Part shown: positions 30,604-41,781 of the stretch, one piece after another
Position numbering within the stretch: the stretch's first letter is position 1
How the letters are laid out: the number at the start of each line of letters is the position of its first letter
Virus record (IMG/VR): IMGVR_UViG_3300023292_000006
Reading direction: 5' to 3' (one strand)
Length of the DNA: 64,000 bases
From: an uncultured virus (IMG/VR IMGVR_UViG_3300023292_000006)
Taxonomy: Duplodnaviria; Heunggongvirae; Uroviricota; Caudoviricetes
Translations under genes and position numbers: made by a program
Notes under the pieces: generated by a model
Databases searched by the model: none
What the model was told of the DNA's origin: nothing
Seen by the model: the letters and a program-made list of their open reading frames with translations, nothing else

Positions 30604-32250
30604 CTAAAGCGGTTCAATCTCGTCTACTGCAATATCATCAAAGAATATAGGTAGTACATCAGCCATCTGGCCATACAAATCAATAGCTATTTCTCTCATC
30701 TGTGGATGTGCTGCCTTTGCTGTTCTCAGTTTGAAGAAATATCTCCATTCTCTCAAATTCATAGTCATAACGATTTCAGTTTTCAAACTGTTAGGGAGGA
30801 TGGAACGAGCCATTTGTGGTGTCCATCCATTTTCAAGAAGCGCCTTATATCTAGTTTCACAATCATCACAGTGAGATAACCATGTCCATGCAGGACTTTC
30901 ACTATCTAGACTATGTGAAAGATCCTCAGAGTCTCCCTCATCTGTTATAACCCATGGAGGGATGATAAATGTGACTCCACCCGAATAATTGCAATAACGA
31001 GTACTGTTATGAACAACAAAACCATTCGCAATATAATTGTTTAATGGGGATTGCATTGAAATATCATAGACATCTTCAATACCCATATCAGTAATACTAA
31101 TGATTTCATCAGAATGTGTCTTTGTACTAATATGCCATCCATGATGTAATTTTTCATGACAATTTATACATACTTTGAGGATATTTTCTCGATCGTTATT
31201 TAATGGATCTAAATCCTTATGATGAACTTGTACACCGTTTGAGTTGTTACATACTTCGCAAATACTGATATTCTCTAGTAGTATTCTCGCTTCGATATGC
31301 CCAGTTGGTCCACCTCCCCAATTACTGTTGTGTTCACCACCTTCATTGTTGTGGTGATGTTTTCTTAACGTCTCAGCTTGTATTTTAACTGATTCTGATA
31401 CACTTTCAGTTAACCCCTTATTCCATGCAGTTCTTTGATTTTTAAATTGTTCTTTGATGGTATTTTTCATTTTCTCATATGATATATCTGTATGATTTTT
31501 TTGATATTTTTCTTTATTTTTATCATTCATATGGTTTTGAAAAATATTTTGTTTTTGCAATCTGCCTAATACAGTTGTATATGGTACATGAAACTGATTG
31601 GATATTTCTGAGGGGGATAATTTATTCTCTAAATATAATGTGTTTAGTTGTTCATCAGAAATTTTTAATAGGCATGGTCTACCATTAACCATCAAAGAAT
31701 CTCCAACTTTTAATTTTTCTAGTTGTATGAAATCATTATTTGGCAACTGGTATTCATGATGTTTAGTACTTTTCATTTTATAACCATATTTAGTCACAAC
31801 TTGAAAAACTCTAGCTTTCCCTTTATAGAATACATCAATCATATGGTTAGGAACAATCTCTCCGTCTAAATTTGAACTTTTTAATGATATTGTTTTATTA
31901 TGAGTTTTCCCATAACAATTATTTTTCCTATTATATAACTCTTTAATAGTATAATTTTTAGTAACTTCTGTATCACCAGATATGCATTCTTGACTGTAAC
32001 TAGCGATTCGATGTCTCACTATTTCATGAGTAACTCCTCTATCACAAATTACTCTAGCTGAAATCTTTTCATGTTCAAGAACTGATTCATGACCCCGTTT
32101 AATAATCATACGTATAAACTTCTCGGATGAATCTGGTGTTATAGCTGACTCACTCTTATAACACGTCCTTCCACTTTCTTCTATGCGTCTAAGCATACCT
32201 TCTGTATCAAGTTCCTGAATAGTATTAGTTGGCCGTATGTACAATGCCAT
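30604..32250 (-). CDS. thyX: Flavin-dependent thymidylate synthase ThyX with intein
   Basis: GHESVLEH, RHRIASYSQE/STRY, ARSILPNSLKTE, NLREWR..LR..AHPQ. Confidence 0.95.
   Translation of the reverse strand: MALYIRPTNTIQELDTEGMLRRIEESGRTCYKSESAITPDSSEKFIRMIIKRGHESVLEHEKISARVICDRGVTHEIVRHRIASYSQECISGDTEVTKNYTIKELYNRKNNCYGKTHNKTISLKSSNLDGEIVPNHMIDVFYKGKARVFQVVTKYGYKMKSTKHHEYQLPNNDFIQLEKLKVGDSLMVNGRPCLLKISDEQLNTLYLENKLSPSEISNQFHVPYTTVLGRLQKQNIFQNHMNDKNKEKYQKNHTDISYEKMKNTIKEQFKNQRTAWNKGLTESVSESVKIQAETLRKHHHNNEGGEHNSNWGGGPTGHIEARILLENISICEVCNNSNGVQVHHKDLDPLNNDRENILKVCINCHEKLHHGWHISTKTHSDEIISITDMGIEDVYDISMQSPLNNYIANGFVVHNSTRYCNYSGGVTFIIPPWVITDEGDSEDLSHSLDSESPAWTWLSHCDDCETRYKALLENGWTPQMARSILPNSLKTEIVMTMNLREWRYFFKLRTAKAAHPQMREIAIDLYGQMADVLPIFFDDIAVDEIEPL
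31006..31986 (-). mobile_element. Intein (327 aa) with HNH endonuclease domain
   Basis: Starts CISGD, ends VYDISM..NYIANGFVVHN before Ser; CEVC..VHHKD..NN..N...C..CH. Confidence 0.93.
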
Positions 32251-32283
32251 TAGTTAATCTCCTTTACCTTTATTCATTATTAG

Positions 32284-32985
32284 TTATTTTAGTGCTAAAT
32301 AGTTATTTAGATATTTAGAATTCATATCTTTATTGATTTGTACAAATCTATCTGCTTCATCTGGGTCATTTTTTAATCCAGCAAAATATTCTTTTCGATA
32401 CATCTCTTTGTCTGCCATTTTAGTTTCAATTACACCCCAAGGAATTGGTCCACCCCAAACATCCCAGCCACAATCCATAGATAATACCCACGGGAGTTCT
32501 TCTCTTCTACCATGACAGTGCCCATGTAAGTGCCAGCTACCATGACTTGACGAGAACCAAGTTGAATATGGACAATGTGACAGCATCACCTGGTGTCCAT
32601 GTATCTTTGTGAAATATGAATATTGATAATGTGAATTTTCAATCTTTTTAAATAATGTGATGGCATCTTGTTTCATCTTATCATGATTGCCTTTAATAAA
32701 ATATTTCTTGCCATTCAATCTATGAATGTAATGTGCATGGTTCTTCCATGATAGGTCACCAAGAATCCATATAGTATCATTCTGTGTTACTTTACTATTC
32801 CAATCATCAATCACAAAATTATCATGTGCTTCTAAATGAACTTTCTTTGGATTATTATGTTTAAAGTGTTTTGGTATCGAAGGATCAAAATCTGGATTAT
32901 CATAGATAAATTGGTCTCGATTACAATGAAGCACCACATTATAATGATGCAAATGGGTATCAGCGACTACAAAAGTTTCATTCAT
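32284..32985 (-). CDS. Calcineurin-like metallophosphoesterase
   Basis: ADTH, LGD, GNHD, LSHCP, HLHGHCH. Confidence 0.9.
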   Translation of the reverse strand: MNETFVVADTHLHHYNVVLHCNRDQFIYDNPDFDPSIPKHFKHNNPKKVHLEAHDNFVIDDWNSKVTQNDTIWILGDLSWKNHAHYIHRLNGKKYFIKGNHDKMKQDAITLFKKIENSHYQYSYFTKIHGHQVMLSHCPYSTWFSSSHGSWHLHGHCHGRREELPWVLSMDCGWDVWGGPIPWGVIETKMADKEMYRKEYFAGLKNDPDEADRFVQINKDMNSKYLNNYLALK

Positions 32986-32997
32986 ATGATCTTCTTC

Positions 32998-33309
32998 TTA
33001 TTTAGCCAAAATAGTTCTGGCATCATATCCCATTCCGTTAAGATAATCCACCTCGGTCCCCTGATATATAGATAACTCGATAATATCACCTTCTTCTTTA
33101 TATGATCTTTTTGTGTATTCATGCCCACCATCTACTTTAATGGCTCCGCACGTACACTCTTTATAATCATGTCTATGATGACTAATGATAATATCCCCAC
33201 AATGGTTGCATTGTGCTTTGTTAAGAACTATTTGTAGTTCTTCCCAGAATGGTACGTACGGCTTATCATTACGGCAATCGATTATCATACTACTTTCTGA
33301 ACCAGCCAT
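32998..33309 (-). CDS. Conserved phage Zn-ribbon protein
   Basis: AQCNHCGDIIIS.HRHDYKECTCGAIKVDGG. Confidence 0.6.
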   Translation of the reverse strand: MAGSESSMIIDCRNDKPYVPFWEELQIVLNKAQCNHCGDIIISHHRHDYKECTCGAIKVDGGHEYTKRSYKEEGDIIELSIYQGTEVDYLNGMGYDARTILAK

Positions 33310-33832
33310 ATTTATTCATTTCATCTTCTGGTAGTTTATTAATCGATATTTCGTGCCTACAATTTATGACTAGTATATTTTTAGCCTTTTTAATCAAGGC
33401 ATCCCTCAAATTCTTAAATTCATTGTTTGTCAGAGTTTTCTCGCTGCTGATTAAAACCACATCATTATCATTTACCTCTAATGTATCTATATCGAAGATT
33501 GTCATAAATCCTCCTTTTCAATCATTATTGTCTCGTCTGATAATACTATCGTTAATCTCTCTTGTTCTAATTCTTTCAATAAGATTTTGGCTAGGTCTAT
33601 AGCTGTAATTTTAATTTTGCTACGTAAAGCTGGAAATCGTGGATAATTGATCAACCCAACAATTGTACCTGGTTCATTCCCGTTGGTATATATAAATTGT
33701 GTATCCGTGACAGTTAACCCCAATCCAACATCATCACAATATTTTTGACATATACTAGTTATTTTTTGTTTATTAGCTATTAGAAAGTTTTCATGGATAT
33801 CATTATATCCTGGTCGTGTACCCACATAAATA

Positions 33833-34240
33833 TTAGCTGTGTACGATTTTGATATTTCCATTTGGTTCCTTCATTTTGTATGCTTGTTTGAAAAATGCAG
33901 AGACCCCATTTGGCTTAGGCATGGGTTGAACAGTCACTAATTCGTTTGCAATCATTTTTGGGAATACTCGTCTAGATAAAGGCATAGCCATACTTGAGTA
34001 ATCTGGATCAGGATGACATTTCTTACAATGGGGTGTTATGGTATGCTTAGATAACTCAGATATAGGTAACCATTGGTGACAGTCATGACACTTGAATGTG
34101 TCGGGATCAACTTCACCAATGATATTATCTACTGGACTATTGGTATCAGGGATATTATGTTTCTCTGTCATAGAGTTGAGCAAATTGTTAGAAAGGATAG
34201 AGAATGCCAATGCATCCTGTAAATCATCCGATTTTTGCAT
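33833..34240 (-). CDS. DPD-leader Zn-finger family member fused to a gp23 Gol-peptide-like segment
   Basis: IIGEVDPD-TFK-CHDC..CKKC then RRVFPKMIANELVTVQPMPKPNG. Confidence 0.7.
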   Translation of the reverse strand: MQKSDDLQDALAFSILSNNLLNSMTEKHNIPDTNSPVDNIIGEVDPDTFKCHDCHQWLPISELSKHTITPHCKKCHPDPDYSSMAMPLSRRVFPKMIANELVTVQPMPKPNGVSAFFKQAYKMKEPNGNIKIVHS

Positions 34241-34758
34241 GTAATACCTTTGGTACTTCTCTTGACATATGACTATAGTTGTATGTTAAACATATCTGGT
34301 TATTGATACATTCTTTAGCTGGGCTTCTCTTATATACATGAAACTCATCCATGTTCATCTGAACTGTATATACTTGTATCGGTTTTAATTTGTTCACTGT
34401 TATCATTGTCCCGTTTCTGATCCCGCCCCTCAATATTGCTTGGATCTGTAGGTGTTGGGGTATCGGGTTCGGTATGTTTGATAACGGCTGGGGTTCTTGG
34501 TCTATCATACGGTGCCGGTCCTATCTCTACTTCGTTAGTTATATCTATACAACGACGTCTACTTTGTTGAGCTCTTGCTCTGAAAAGATCATCTAAACTT
34601 ATTCTCATTCGTTAATCCCTTTATCATCTAGTTTATGACCAGTGACATAAAACATAACTTGTATGGGTAAAAATTTTTACATTCAGAACATTGATCATAA
34701 CCACTGGTTAATGATTTAATTATATGATCTACTTTATTATATCTATCAACTAAAGATG

Positions 34759-35004
34759 TCATATTACTATTTTCTTTTCTTTTTTCTGTTTTAGTTTATT
34801 AGCTTTTATTTTTCTTAGTTTCTTCTTTTTTTCTTTCGATAGTTTATGCCCGACATGGAACCCCAAACAATATATGCATGGATACACTTCCATGTTCTTA
34901 GTTCCAGTGCCACCCTGTTTCAATTGAGCTAAATGCTCTTTGGCTGATCGTTTTGTTGCATGACGTATCTTTTTCTTGCAACTATACCATATACGACAAT
35001 TCAT
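34759..35004 (-). CDS. Small phage Zn-binding protein
   Basis: CKKK.R..T...A..YPCIYCLGFHVGH. Confidence 0.55.
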   Translation of the reverse strand: MNCRIWYSCKKKIRHATKRSAKEHLAQLKQGGTGTKNMEVYPCIYCLGFHVGHKLSKEKKKKLRKIKANKLKQKKEKKIVI

Positions 35005-35353
35005 TACATACCCTCTTTCTCCTTTTTCTTTGCACTAGCAAACATACGTTCTTTTCTCTTTTTATTTTTCTTGACCGTATTACCTGTAAGGTTTTTGGTT
35101 TGTTTCCCTTTAAACCCGAATGATATTGCGAAACCTGTTCTACTCATAATACAAATTTTCCTATTAATATTCCTACGATAAAAAATAAAACTGAAAATAT
35201 AACCAAAGCGATTTTAATTTTATCTGGTTGTTCTTTTCGATTGTCTAAAGCTAAATATGACAATGGTGCATTAATGTGTTTTTTCATACCATTCTTTCCT
35301 TGTGTACATGTTTTTCTTGTTATAACTATTTTTGTATGTCATAATGTATGATA

Positions 35354-35602
35354 CTATATGTCCTGGTCGTTCCCGTAACCGTCAAGCCCACAATTAGTTG
35401 AACATACATGGATATCACACATTTTACTATTTTTAGAGATTCTGTTTGTCGTTAAGTCGTCTCGATGTTTCCATCTGTTACATGCAAAGCATTGAAAATA
35501 ATCAGGATCAATTACACGGATTATATCATTTACCTTTATTCGTTTGAGATTCTCCTCCACACCAATACGACAAATTTCCTCTATATCAACTGGGTGTTTC
35601 AT
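35354..35602 (-). CDS. DPD-leader Zn-finger family
   Basis: DIIRVIDPDYFQCFAC..CSTNC. Confidence 0.7.
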   Translation of the reverse strand: MKHPVDIEEICRIGVEENLKRIKVNDIIRVIDPDYFQCFACNRWKHRDDLTTNRISKNSKMCDIHVCSTNCGLDGYGNDQDI

Positions 35603-36125
35603 CTTCTAACGAAGCCATCTTCCACCATTCTGGTTCATTTATAATTAGTTCTTCTTTTAGTTCATTCATCTTATTGGATGATTCCTCATCTGTAACTTCA
35701 ATTTTACCGATACATGAATGAGCAACTAACCGCAATACATCATATATGGTCAGTAGAGTGTGTCCATCTTTTATGTATTGATTAAATACATGCTTAATAG
35801 TCTTAGTTCGACCATCTAATGTTGAGCAAACTTCTATAGACTTATCAAATAACTTCTGATCTTCTTCTGTTATCTCGATCATATCCTTTTCTGGTATCTC
35901 TGTAGCCATTTCAATTTCCTTTCTCGAAACCACAATCACATATTTTGATTTCGGTGTGTCCTAAAGTTTCTAGTTTCTCCATTATACAACCGCCACATAA
36001 ATTTTGTTCTACACCTATGGACGCAATCTGTTTCCATAAACGGTCAGGTAATAATAGATCTACAGAATATTTATTCTTGCATTCACTACATATTGGCATC
36101 TTGACTCCTTATACATATTTCTGGG

Positions 36126-36497
36126 TTACACACATTCTATTATTTTGTTAACTTCTTTTTCTAGTTCATCTTGACGTTTTCTACAAATTGGACATTTGTC
36201 CATTAACACCTTTGATGATTCCATTCTATCAATCACAGATTTTCGCTGCTTATCATTTAATTTGGAAAAGTCAATATCAGGCAAATGAGATTTATGATTC
36301 ATCCCTCTTCTTAACATTTCATTTGATAATTCTTCATGTCTACAGCTGAGAGACTCAGGTTCGAGTAAATTGTTATCAATATAGCCTTGTATGGATGTAC
36401 CCTTATTAATGGTACCAACAAACATATGATGCTCGCAATGCTCGCCTAAAAGGTGTTGTCGACATAAGAATCTTGGGTTAACCATCCATTGTCTCAT
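36126..36497 (-). CDS. Pyrimidine-dimer DNA glycosylase (DenV/endonuclease V-like)
   Basis: MRQWMVNP..LCRQHLLGEH.E.H, RHEELSNEMLRRGMNH.S. Confidence 0.75.
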   Translation of the reverse strand: MRQWMVNPRFLCRQHLLGEHCEHHMFVGTINKGTSIQGYIDNNLLEPESLSCRHEELSNEMLRRGMNHKSHLPDIDFSKLNDKQRKSVIDRMESSKVLMDKCPICRKRQDELEKEVNKIIECV

Positions 36498-37038
36498 ATT
36501 ACACTTCCTCGATTGTCCATTCAGATTCAATTATGGGTATACTTGACCATCTACCAATTTTATATTTATTCGGGGGAGCGTCTTCCGGGTGCCGTATTGC
36601 CCCACCCATTTGTTTAAGATTGGGTTCACGAATATATGCTTTACCGTTTTTACTAAGGTTGCATTTAGAACCATGAATTGATGGTTTGTAATATAACCCA
36701 GATGGGATATGTCTCATCCGATATGCTTTTGGTAGTACAGCTGGCTTAACTATATTTGCATTGACTACTGTACCAATCATTCCACCATTCATACATTCTT
36801 CAAACTCAATAAATTTTGCTTCACCATTATGTCTAGTTTTATTGTATGCTTCTTCGCCTGTGAATATACCTATATTCCCACCTATACGATTTGTATAGCC
36901 TGAACACCCCACCCTCCAATATGCTTGATGGCACATTTCATCACTATAAATATATACTGCGGGCATAGCCTTTAACTTAGTAAGTTTCTTTGGGTCTTTT
37001 TTTGCTTGGTTTAGTGTAATTATTATTGGGGTTCTCAT

Positions 37039-37398
37039 TTAAACACTCCAATCAATACCACGTTTCTCCCATTCGTCCAACACCCGTGGAAATGATTTTC
37101 CTGAACCATATACTTCATTCTCTACAACGACAATCTTCTTGTAGTTTGAGAAAGCAACTCCCATATCAAAATGAGTACCTTGACTTTCCTTTGAATAGAA
37201 TATATGTACTTCATCACTAGTAACAATAGCTCGAGTGTTAATTTTGAGAATAGTTATACCATCAGCATTTTGGTCAGTATCCCTATGAGGCAAATGTACA
37301 TTATGATCTTCAGCCTCAAGTTTCTCAACATAAGTCTCAAGTTTTTGTTTATACTCTTCGCTTGCACCACGAACACTACATATTACAAATATTTTCAT
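37039..37398 (-). CDS. Nucleoside 2-deoxyribosyltransferase-like protein
   Basis: KIFVIC, VHLPHRD, SDEVH, SQGTHFDMGVA. Confidence 0.6.
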   Translation of the reverse strand: MKIFVICSVRGASEEYKQKLETYVEKLEAEDHNVHLPHRDTDQNADGITILKINTRAIVTSDEVHIFYSKESQGTHFDMGVAFSNYKKIVVVENEVYGSGKSFPRVLDEWEKRGIDWSV

Positions 37399-37643
37399 TT
37401 TAACTCCCTAGAATGTGAATGTTGGTTTACCTTCTTTAGTTTCCCACGTCAAATGGATCCATCCTGATGGAATGTAATGAGCTTCTCCGTTACAACCCTG
37501 TATCCTGTGCCCACCAGATTCTGAAACATTTATACATTGTGGATTGTCAATCCGTACTATGGATCCACAAGGAAATATGTATTGTCTGTATGATTCATCC
37601 AATATTGATTGGAACACCAAATCTTCGTTTTCCGTAACGTTTT

Positions 37644-38204
37644 TCATTTTAACTCCTTATTATGTGCTGCTACTATACAATCAGATATAAATTCCCAAGG
37701 TATGACCATAAACTGTGTAACCAATGACCCAGATCTGTAATTATGAATTACAACACCAGGTATGTTCTTATATCCACCAACATCGAAAAATTTATCTCTC
37801 AACTTGTTGTAGTCAATAAGAACCCAGTATAGGAGTTTGGTTACATGTTCCTTCTTATCAGCATTAGCATAGCCATACATAAAGAGATTGGCTTGACATT
37901 TATAATAGTCGCCCTCATACTTCTTACCGTTATCAGCGATTTTACCTATGTTTAAGACGATATCTCTTTTTCTTAGGAAGTACTTATATTTACCACCACG
38001 TCTACATTTGACTTGAACACTTTGAGTTGGAAAGTATTGCCTCTTGATTAACAGATCTAATGATACTCCTTGATCAAGAGCCTTATTGTCATATTTATCT
38101 GATCCTACTAAACATTTACTATTCGGGTATACAATGGTCTCTAAGGCATTTGTAAAATATGGAATAGTAGTTGCTTCAAATTTCCTATCTTCCTGGTATG
38201 ACAT
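37644..38204 (-). CDS. Possible PD-(D/E)XK-fold nuclease
   Basis: LDQ..LDLLI..SVQVKCR. Confidence 0.4.
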   Translation of the reverse strand: MSYQEDRKFEATTIPYFTNALETIVYPNSKCLVGSDKYDNKALDQGVSLDLLIKRQYFPTQSVQVKCRRGGKYKYFLRKRDIVLNIGKIADNGKKYEGDYYKCQANLFMYGYANADKKEHVTKLLYWVLIDYNKLRDKFFDVGGYKNIPGVVIHNYRSGSLVTQFMVIPWEFISDCIVAAHNKELK

Positions 38205-38454
38205 TTATCTCCTTCTTCCTCTTGGTTTGTTATGTCCCCACTTAGTTTGATGGAAATGATGTCTCTTCTGTATTTCCCGCCAATGTTCTCGTTCCAATTT
38301 TAATTCATCTTTGTCTATGTATTCTTCATCTTCACATTTCTGTGGTTCGTCATAATACGTATCAGTTGTCCATGTGCAGTCATGGTATGATGTATCTGGT
38401 GTTGTTTCATTCCCATAATATGTTGTAAGAGATTGTGTACCAGTATTCATAATC

Positions 38455-38691
38455 TTATTTTAGACAACATTTCTTAAACTTCTTACCACTACCACAAGGA
38501 CATATATCATTACGCCCAATCTTACCAGTCTTCAATTGACGAGGGGTAGGATCTAGTTTCATTGGTTTGATATGTTTTCTATCTTCTGGATCCATGTGTT
38601 TCATGATCTCTTTCATTTCATCAGGAAGAATTAGTTTTCTGGTTTCGGTATTCATGTTAAACTCCTTTATGGTATTTAATGATATGTTCAT
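38455..38691 (-). CDS. SEC-C motif protein
   Basis: [20 protein letters not shown]. Confidence 0.85.
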   Translation of the reverse strand: MNISLNTIKEFNMNTETRKLILPDEMKEIMKHMDPEDRKHIKPMKLDPTPRQLKTGKIGRNDICPCGSGKKFKKCCLK

Positions 38692-39177
38692 CTAGCTTTT
38701 TATCGATTAGTTTTTCAATCTTTGATCTATATGAGAGTCTCTAATTTAACTGACGTTTAATATTATATGCAGAAAATATAATCAATCCAATAATTAATAG
38801 TGAAACAATATATCCTATCAATTTCATTTAAGTTCCTTTTTTCTTGTAAGCATGAACATCTCGTCCAACTTCTGAACAAAATGTTTTAATCCAACGTTTC
38901 TTTTTAGTGAGTGTTCTTGTTAAGAGTTTACTGCACTTAGGACATTTATATATTTGAGGAGGTATCATTTATTTTTTCCATTTTACTTTTTTCTTTCTTT
39001 AAAGTAAACTCTCTTGAATAGAGCCATGCAGTCTTTCTATCTCCATTATTCCAATACGCAACTCTATATTGCTTACCATTGATGTCATATATCATAGAAT
39101 CAATGATTCCGGGTCTTTCTATCTCGGTTATAAAGACATTATCTTGTAAGTTAAACTCAAACTCGATGTTTACCATA

Positions 39178-39889
39178 TTAACTTCCTTTGATTACATCAG
39201 CTGCACTTTCAATTACATCATCTGTTGTATATGGTTTAATGTTATCATCACCCAACGATAACTGTGGGCATTCATTAGTAGTAACCATATTAAATTCTTC
39301 TATCTGCCACAATGCAGTTCTATGTGTTTTACATGGTGCACATTCTCCACAAGGTTTATTTTCAACCTTGTTAGGATTCTCACAGTACCAACACATATCA
39401 TATAAACCTCTATCTTTTAATTCCATTATGATATTGGCTTTAGACTTATACTCTAACGGATAAACTACTGACACTGTCTTATCCTGTACCGCACAGAACC
39501 CAGAAAATGATTTTTCAGCTTCATGTCGCCTAGCCCAAAAATCATCACCTTCATGATATCCCAGAAATATTGTATCTGTTTGATGACAATACATAGTAGA
39601 GATGGGGAGCCACATACATGGCTGAATTAGACCTGTTGCATTATATACTGCACCAATGGTATGTTTCATTTCTACTTCAATATATTGTACATGGTTCAAC
39701 TCTCTTTTTATAAATTCTTCCTTGATCTTTTCTCTGGCTTCTCTTTGCTGGTTCTGAGCTCCTACTTGGTCATGGCATATTGACAACGCTGTAAGTGTTC
39801 CACCTTCTAAATTCTTTTGTCGTTTCATCAACTCATTATATAAAACTAGGGTTGAGTCACACCCCCCCACTGAATAGTACCACTGACAT
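39178..39889 (-). pseudogene. queC: QueC-like PP-loop ATPase, frameshifted in a G7 homopolymer
   Basis: The RBS-supported ATG 39889 reads MSVVLFSGGV-stop; removing one G restores SGGCDST in frame with PL..K..I..WYCENP..PCGECAPC. Confidence 0.7.
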
Positions 39890-40054
39890 TTCATTCTCCG
39901 TTAGTATACTTGTATAAAATCCTTACAAGTATCAGTTCCATTTACTTTCTTGTTATGTGTATGACAATAACCATCTTTCTCAGTATTGTCAATCTTCTTA
40001 TCTACATTCTCGGTACAATGATCACAATTCTTACATATTTCAATTTTATCCATT

Positions 40055-40327
40055 TTACCAATCCATTGTATCTTCATCTATACACCCAACACCAAAAGCA
40101 CATATCTGCATGATATCCAATAGTTCATGACGAATTTCTTCAATTGGTCTATGGTCTTGAATTGCCTTTAGTAGTTCTCTTTGTTCACATACCATTATTC
40201 CCAGAAGTTCATGTCGTGATGCAAAAGTCTGTCGTCCATGTTTTTCTATGACTTTCTGTGTATGATCTCGTCCGGATACAAATGCATCATCAATTACGCT
40301 ATCACTTATTTGTGGTCGATTCATCAT
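40055..40327 (-). CDS. MazG-like small protein
   Basis: FASRHELLGIM..E..EL..AI..ELLDI.Q. Confidence 0.5.
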   Translation of the reverse strand: MMNRPQISDSVIDDAFVSGRDHTQKVIEKHGRQTFASRHELLGIMVCEQRELLKAIQDHRPIEEIRHELLDIMQICAFGVGCIDEDTMDW

Positions 40328-41100
40328 TATTGTCCTTTAACGTTATCAAGTATTAAATCTTCAACTGTCAATTTGCGGATAAAGTAAGCCTTATGGATAT
40401 AACCATGTTCTGTCTTTACCTTATTCCATGGACTCCATCCCCATATTGAAATCTCACCTTGTGAGGTTTTGAATGATTCATTCTTCTTATATCTATCATA
40501 TAGTACCCTTTTCTCTGGTCCCATGATAACTTGTCTATATTGATCATAAGAATCAGTCCATAATGTTAATTCAGTATCCATTATATAACCTCCATATCGT
40601 AATCTGCCGCTTTACGCAATACCTTAGATATTTCATAGAGACCTTCTGGGCCATGTTTAGATAGAAGACTATCAATACTCTTTGGGTCACTTGGATTAAA
40701 AGTTATTAACTTATTGGGTAAATGGCTAGTTTCAACTGTTAACTGAGAAATGTTTTTCATATAACGTTCGAAGTCACTATCGTGATCAAGTATTTTCACA
40801 TCTGGCTTACAATGGTAATTTGGTATATCGTCTGTCATGGTGTCTCCCCGATTCTATCACGGATAGTATATCCAGTTATCCGAGAGCTATCCAAACTATG
40901 GGACCATATCCATTCAACTTCCTGATTGGGATATAACCATACACCAGTAATTGCACTAGTATCGCTAGTATACATTCCATACGGGGGAGGCGCTTCCACC
41001 CATCTTTTTCCACCAGTATCATACTCTATACCAAATGTCATAATAAACTCCTTTACACAATTTTATTCATTATATACTAATTAAGATCTTTAACGTTATT

Positions 41101-41781
41101 TCAACATGGGTCAATATACTCAACAGGGATGTTCATTTCTTTAGCAATCGCGATTTCAGCTGCAACTCCTGTTGATTCTTTCCATCCGTCCTGTTTCACT
41201 ACTATCACTTTACAACAATGTTCTAGCATAATACGATCGTATGCTTCCCAGAATTCCCAGTTACCAGGAAGAGCTCCTTTTAACGCAATAGGATGGGTAT
41301 GACTGATAGGAGAAAAGATATGTAACCCTTTACCCATTAGAAAAGCAGATACCTTATTGACAACATTGAATCGTTCTTGTTTAACTGCTGGGTCAGGATC
41401 ACTATATGGTGTTGCTACATATACAAGCGATTTCGTTTCCCGATATCGTAACTCATCTTCTGCAAGTTCAGATGCTAACTCCTGTTCGCAATCCCAATCT
41501 TTCTGTGACATATCAGAAGGCTTATTACTTTGATTAATCTTTTCTCTTTCTTCTCTGTGCTTTTCACATTCTAGAATCCCACAGGCACATAAATGATTTT
41601 TACATGTATCAGTCTTGTTTACGTAGTCCTCTATAATGGTAGCTAAAGTATCACAAGACTCATCCATGTGTGGAACACCCTCTCGAATAAGTTTTGCAGT
41701 GTTTCGTATTCCCTTAACCCAAGAGCGTAAGAGAGTGTTTATACCGATATCTTTCATTCTATTTCCTTTTCTATAACCCAC
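41101..41781 (-). CDS. DUF1937/NDT-like domain protein with N-terminal extension
   Basis: VYVATPYS, FSPISHTHP, GWKESTGVAAEIAIA. Confidence 0.8.
   Translation of the reverse strand: MGYRKGNRMKDIGINTLLRSWVKGIRNTAKLIREGVPHMDESCDTLATIIEDYVNKTDTCKNHLCACGILECEKHREEREKINQSNKPSDMSQKDWDCEQELASELAEDELRYRETKSLVYVATPYSDPDPAVKQERFNVVNKVSAFLMGKGLHIFSPISHTHPIALKGALPGNWEFWEAYDRIMLEHCCKVIVVKQDGWKESTGVAAEIAIAKEMNIPVEYIDPC

Noticed and set aside
38455..38691. secA gene
   Set aside because: Only the 20-aa SEC-C motif is present, on a small ORF, which is common in phages.
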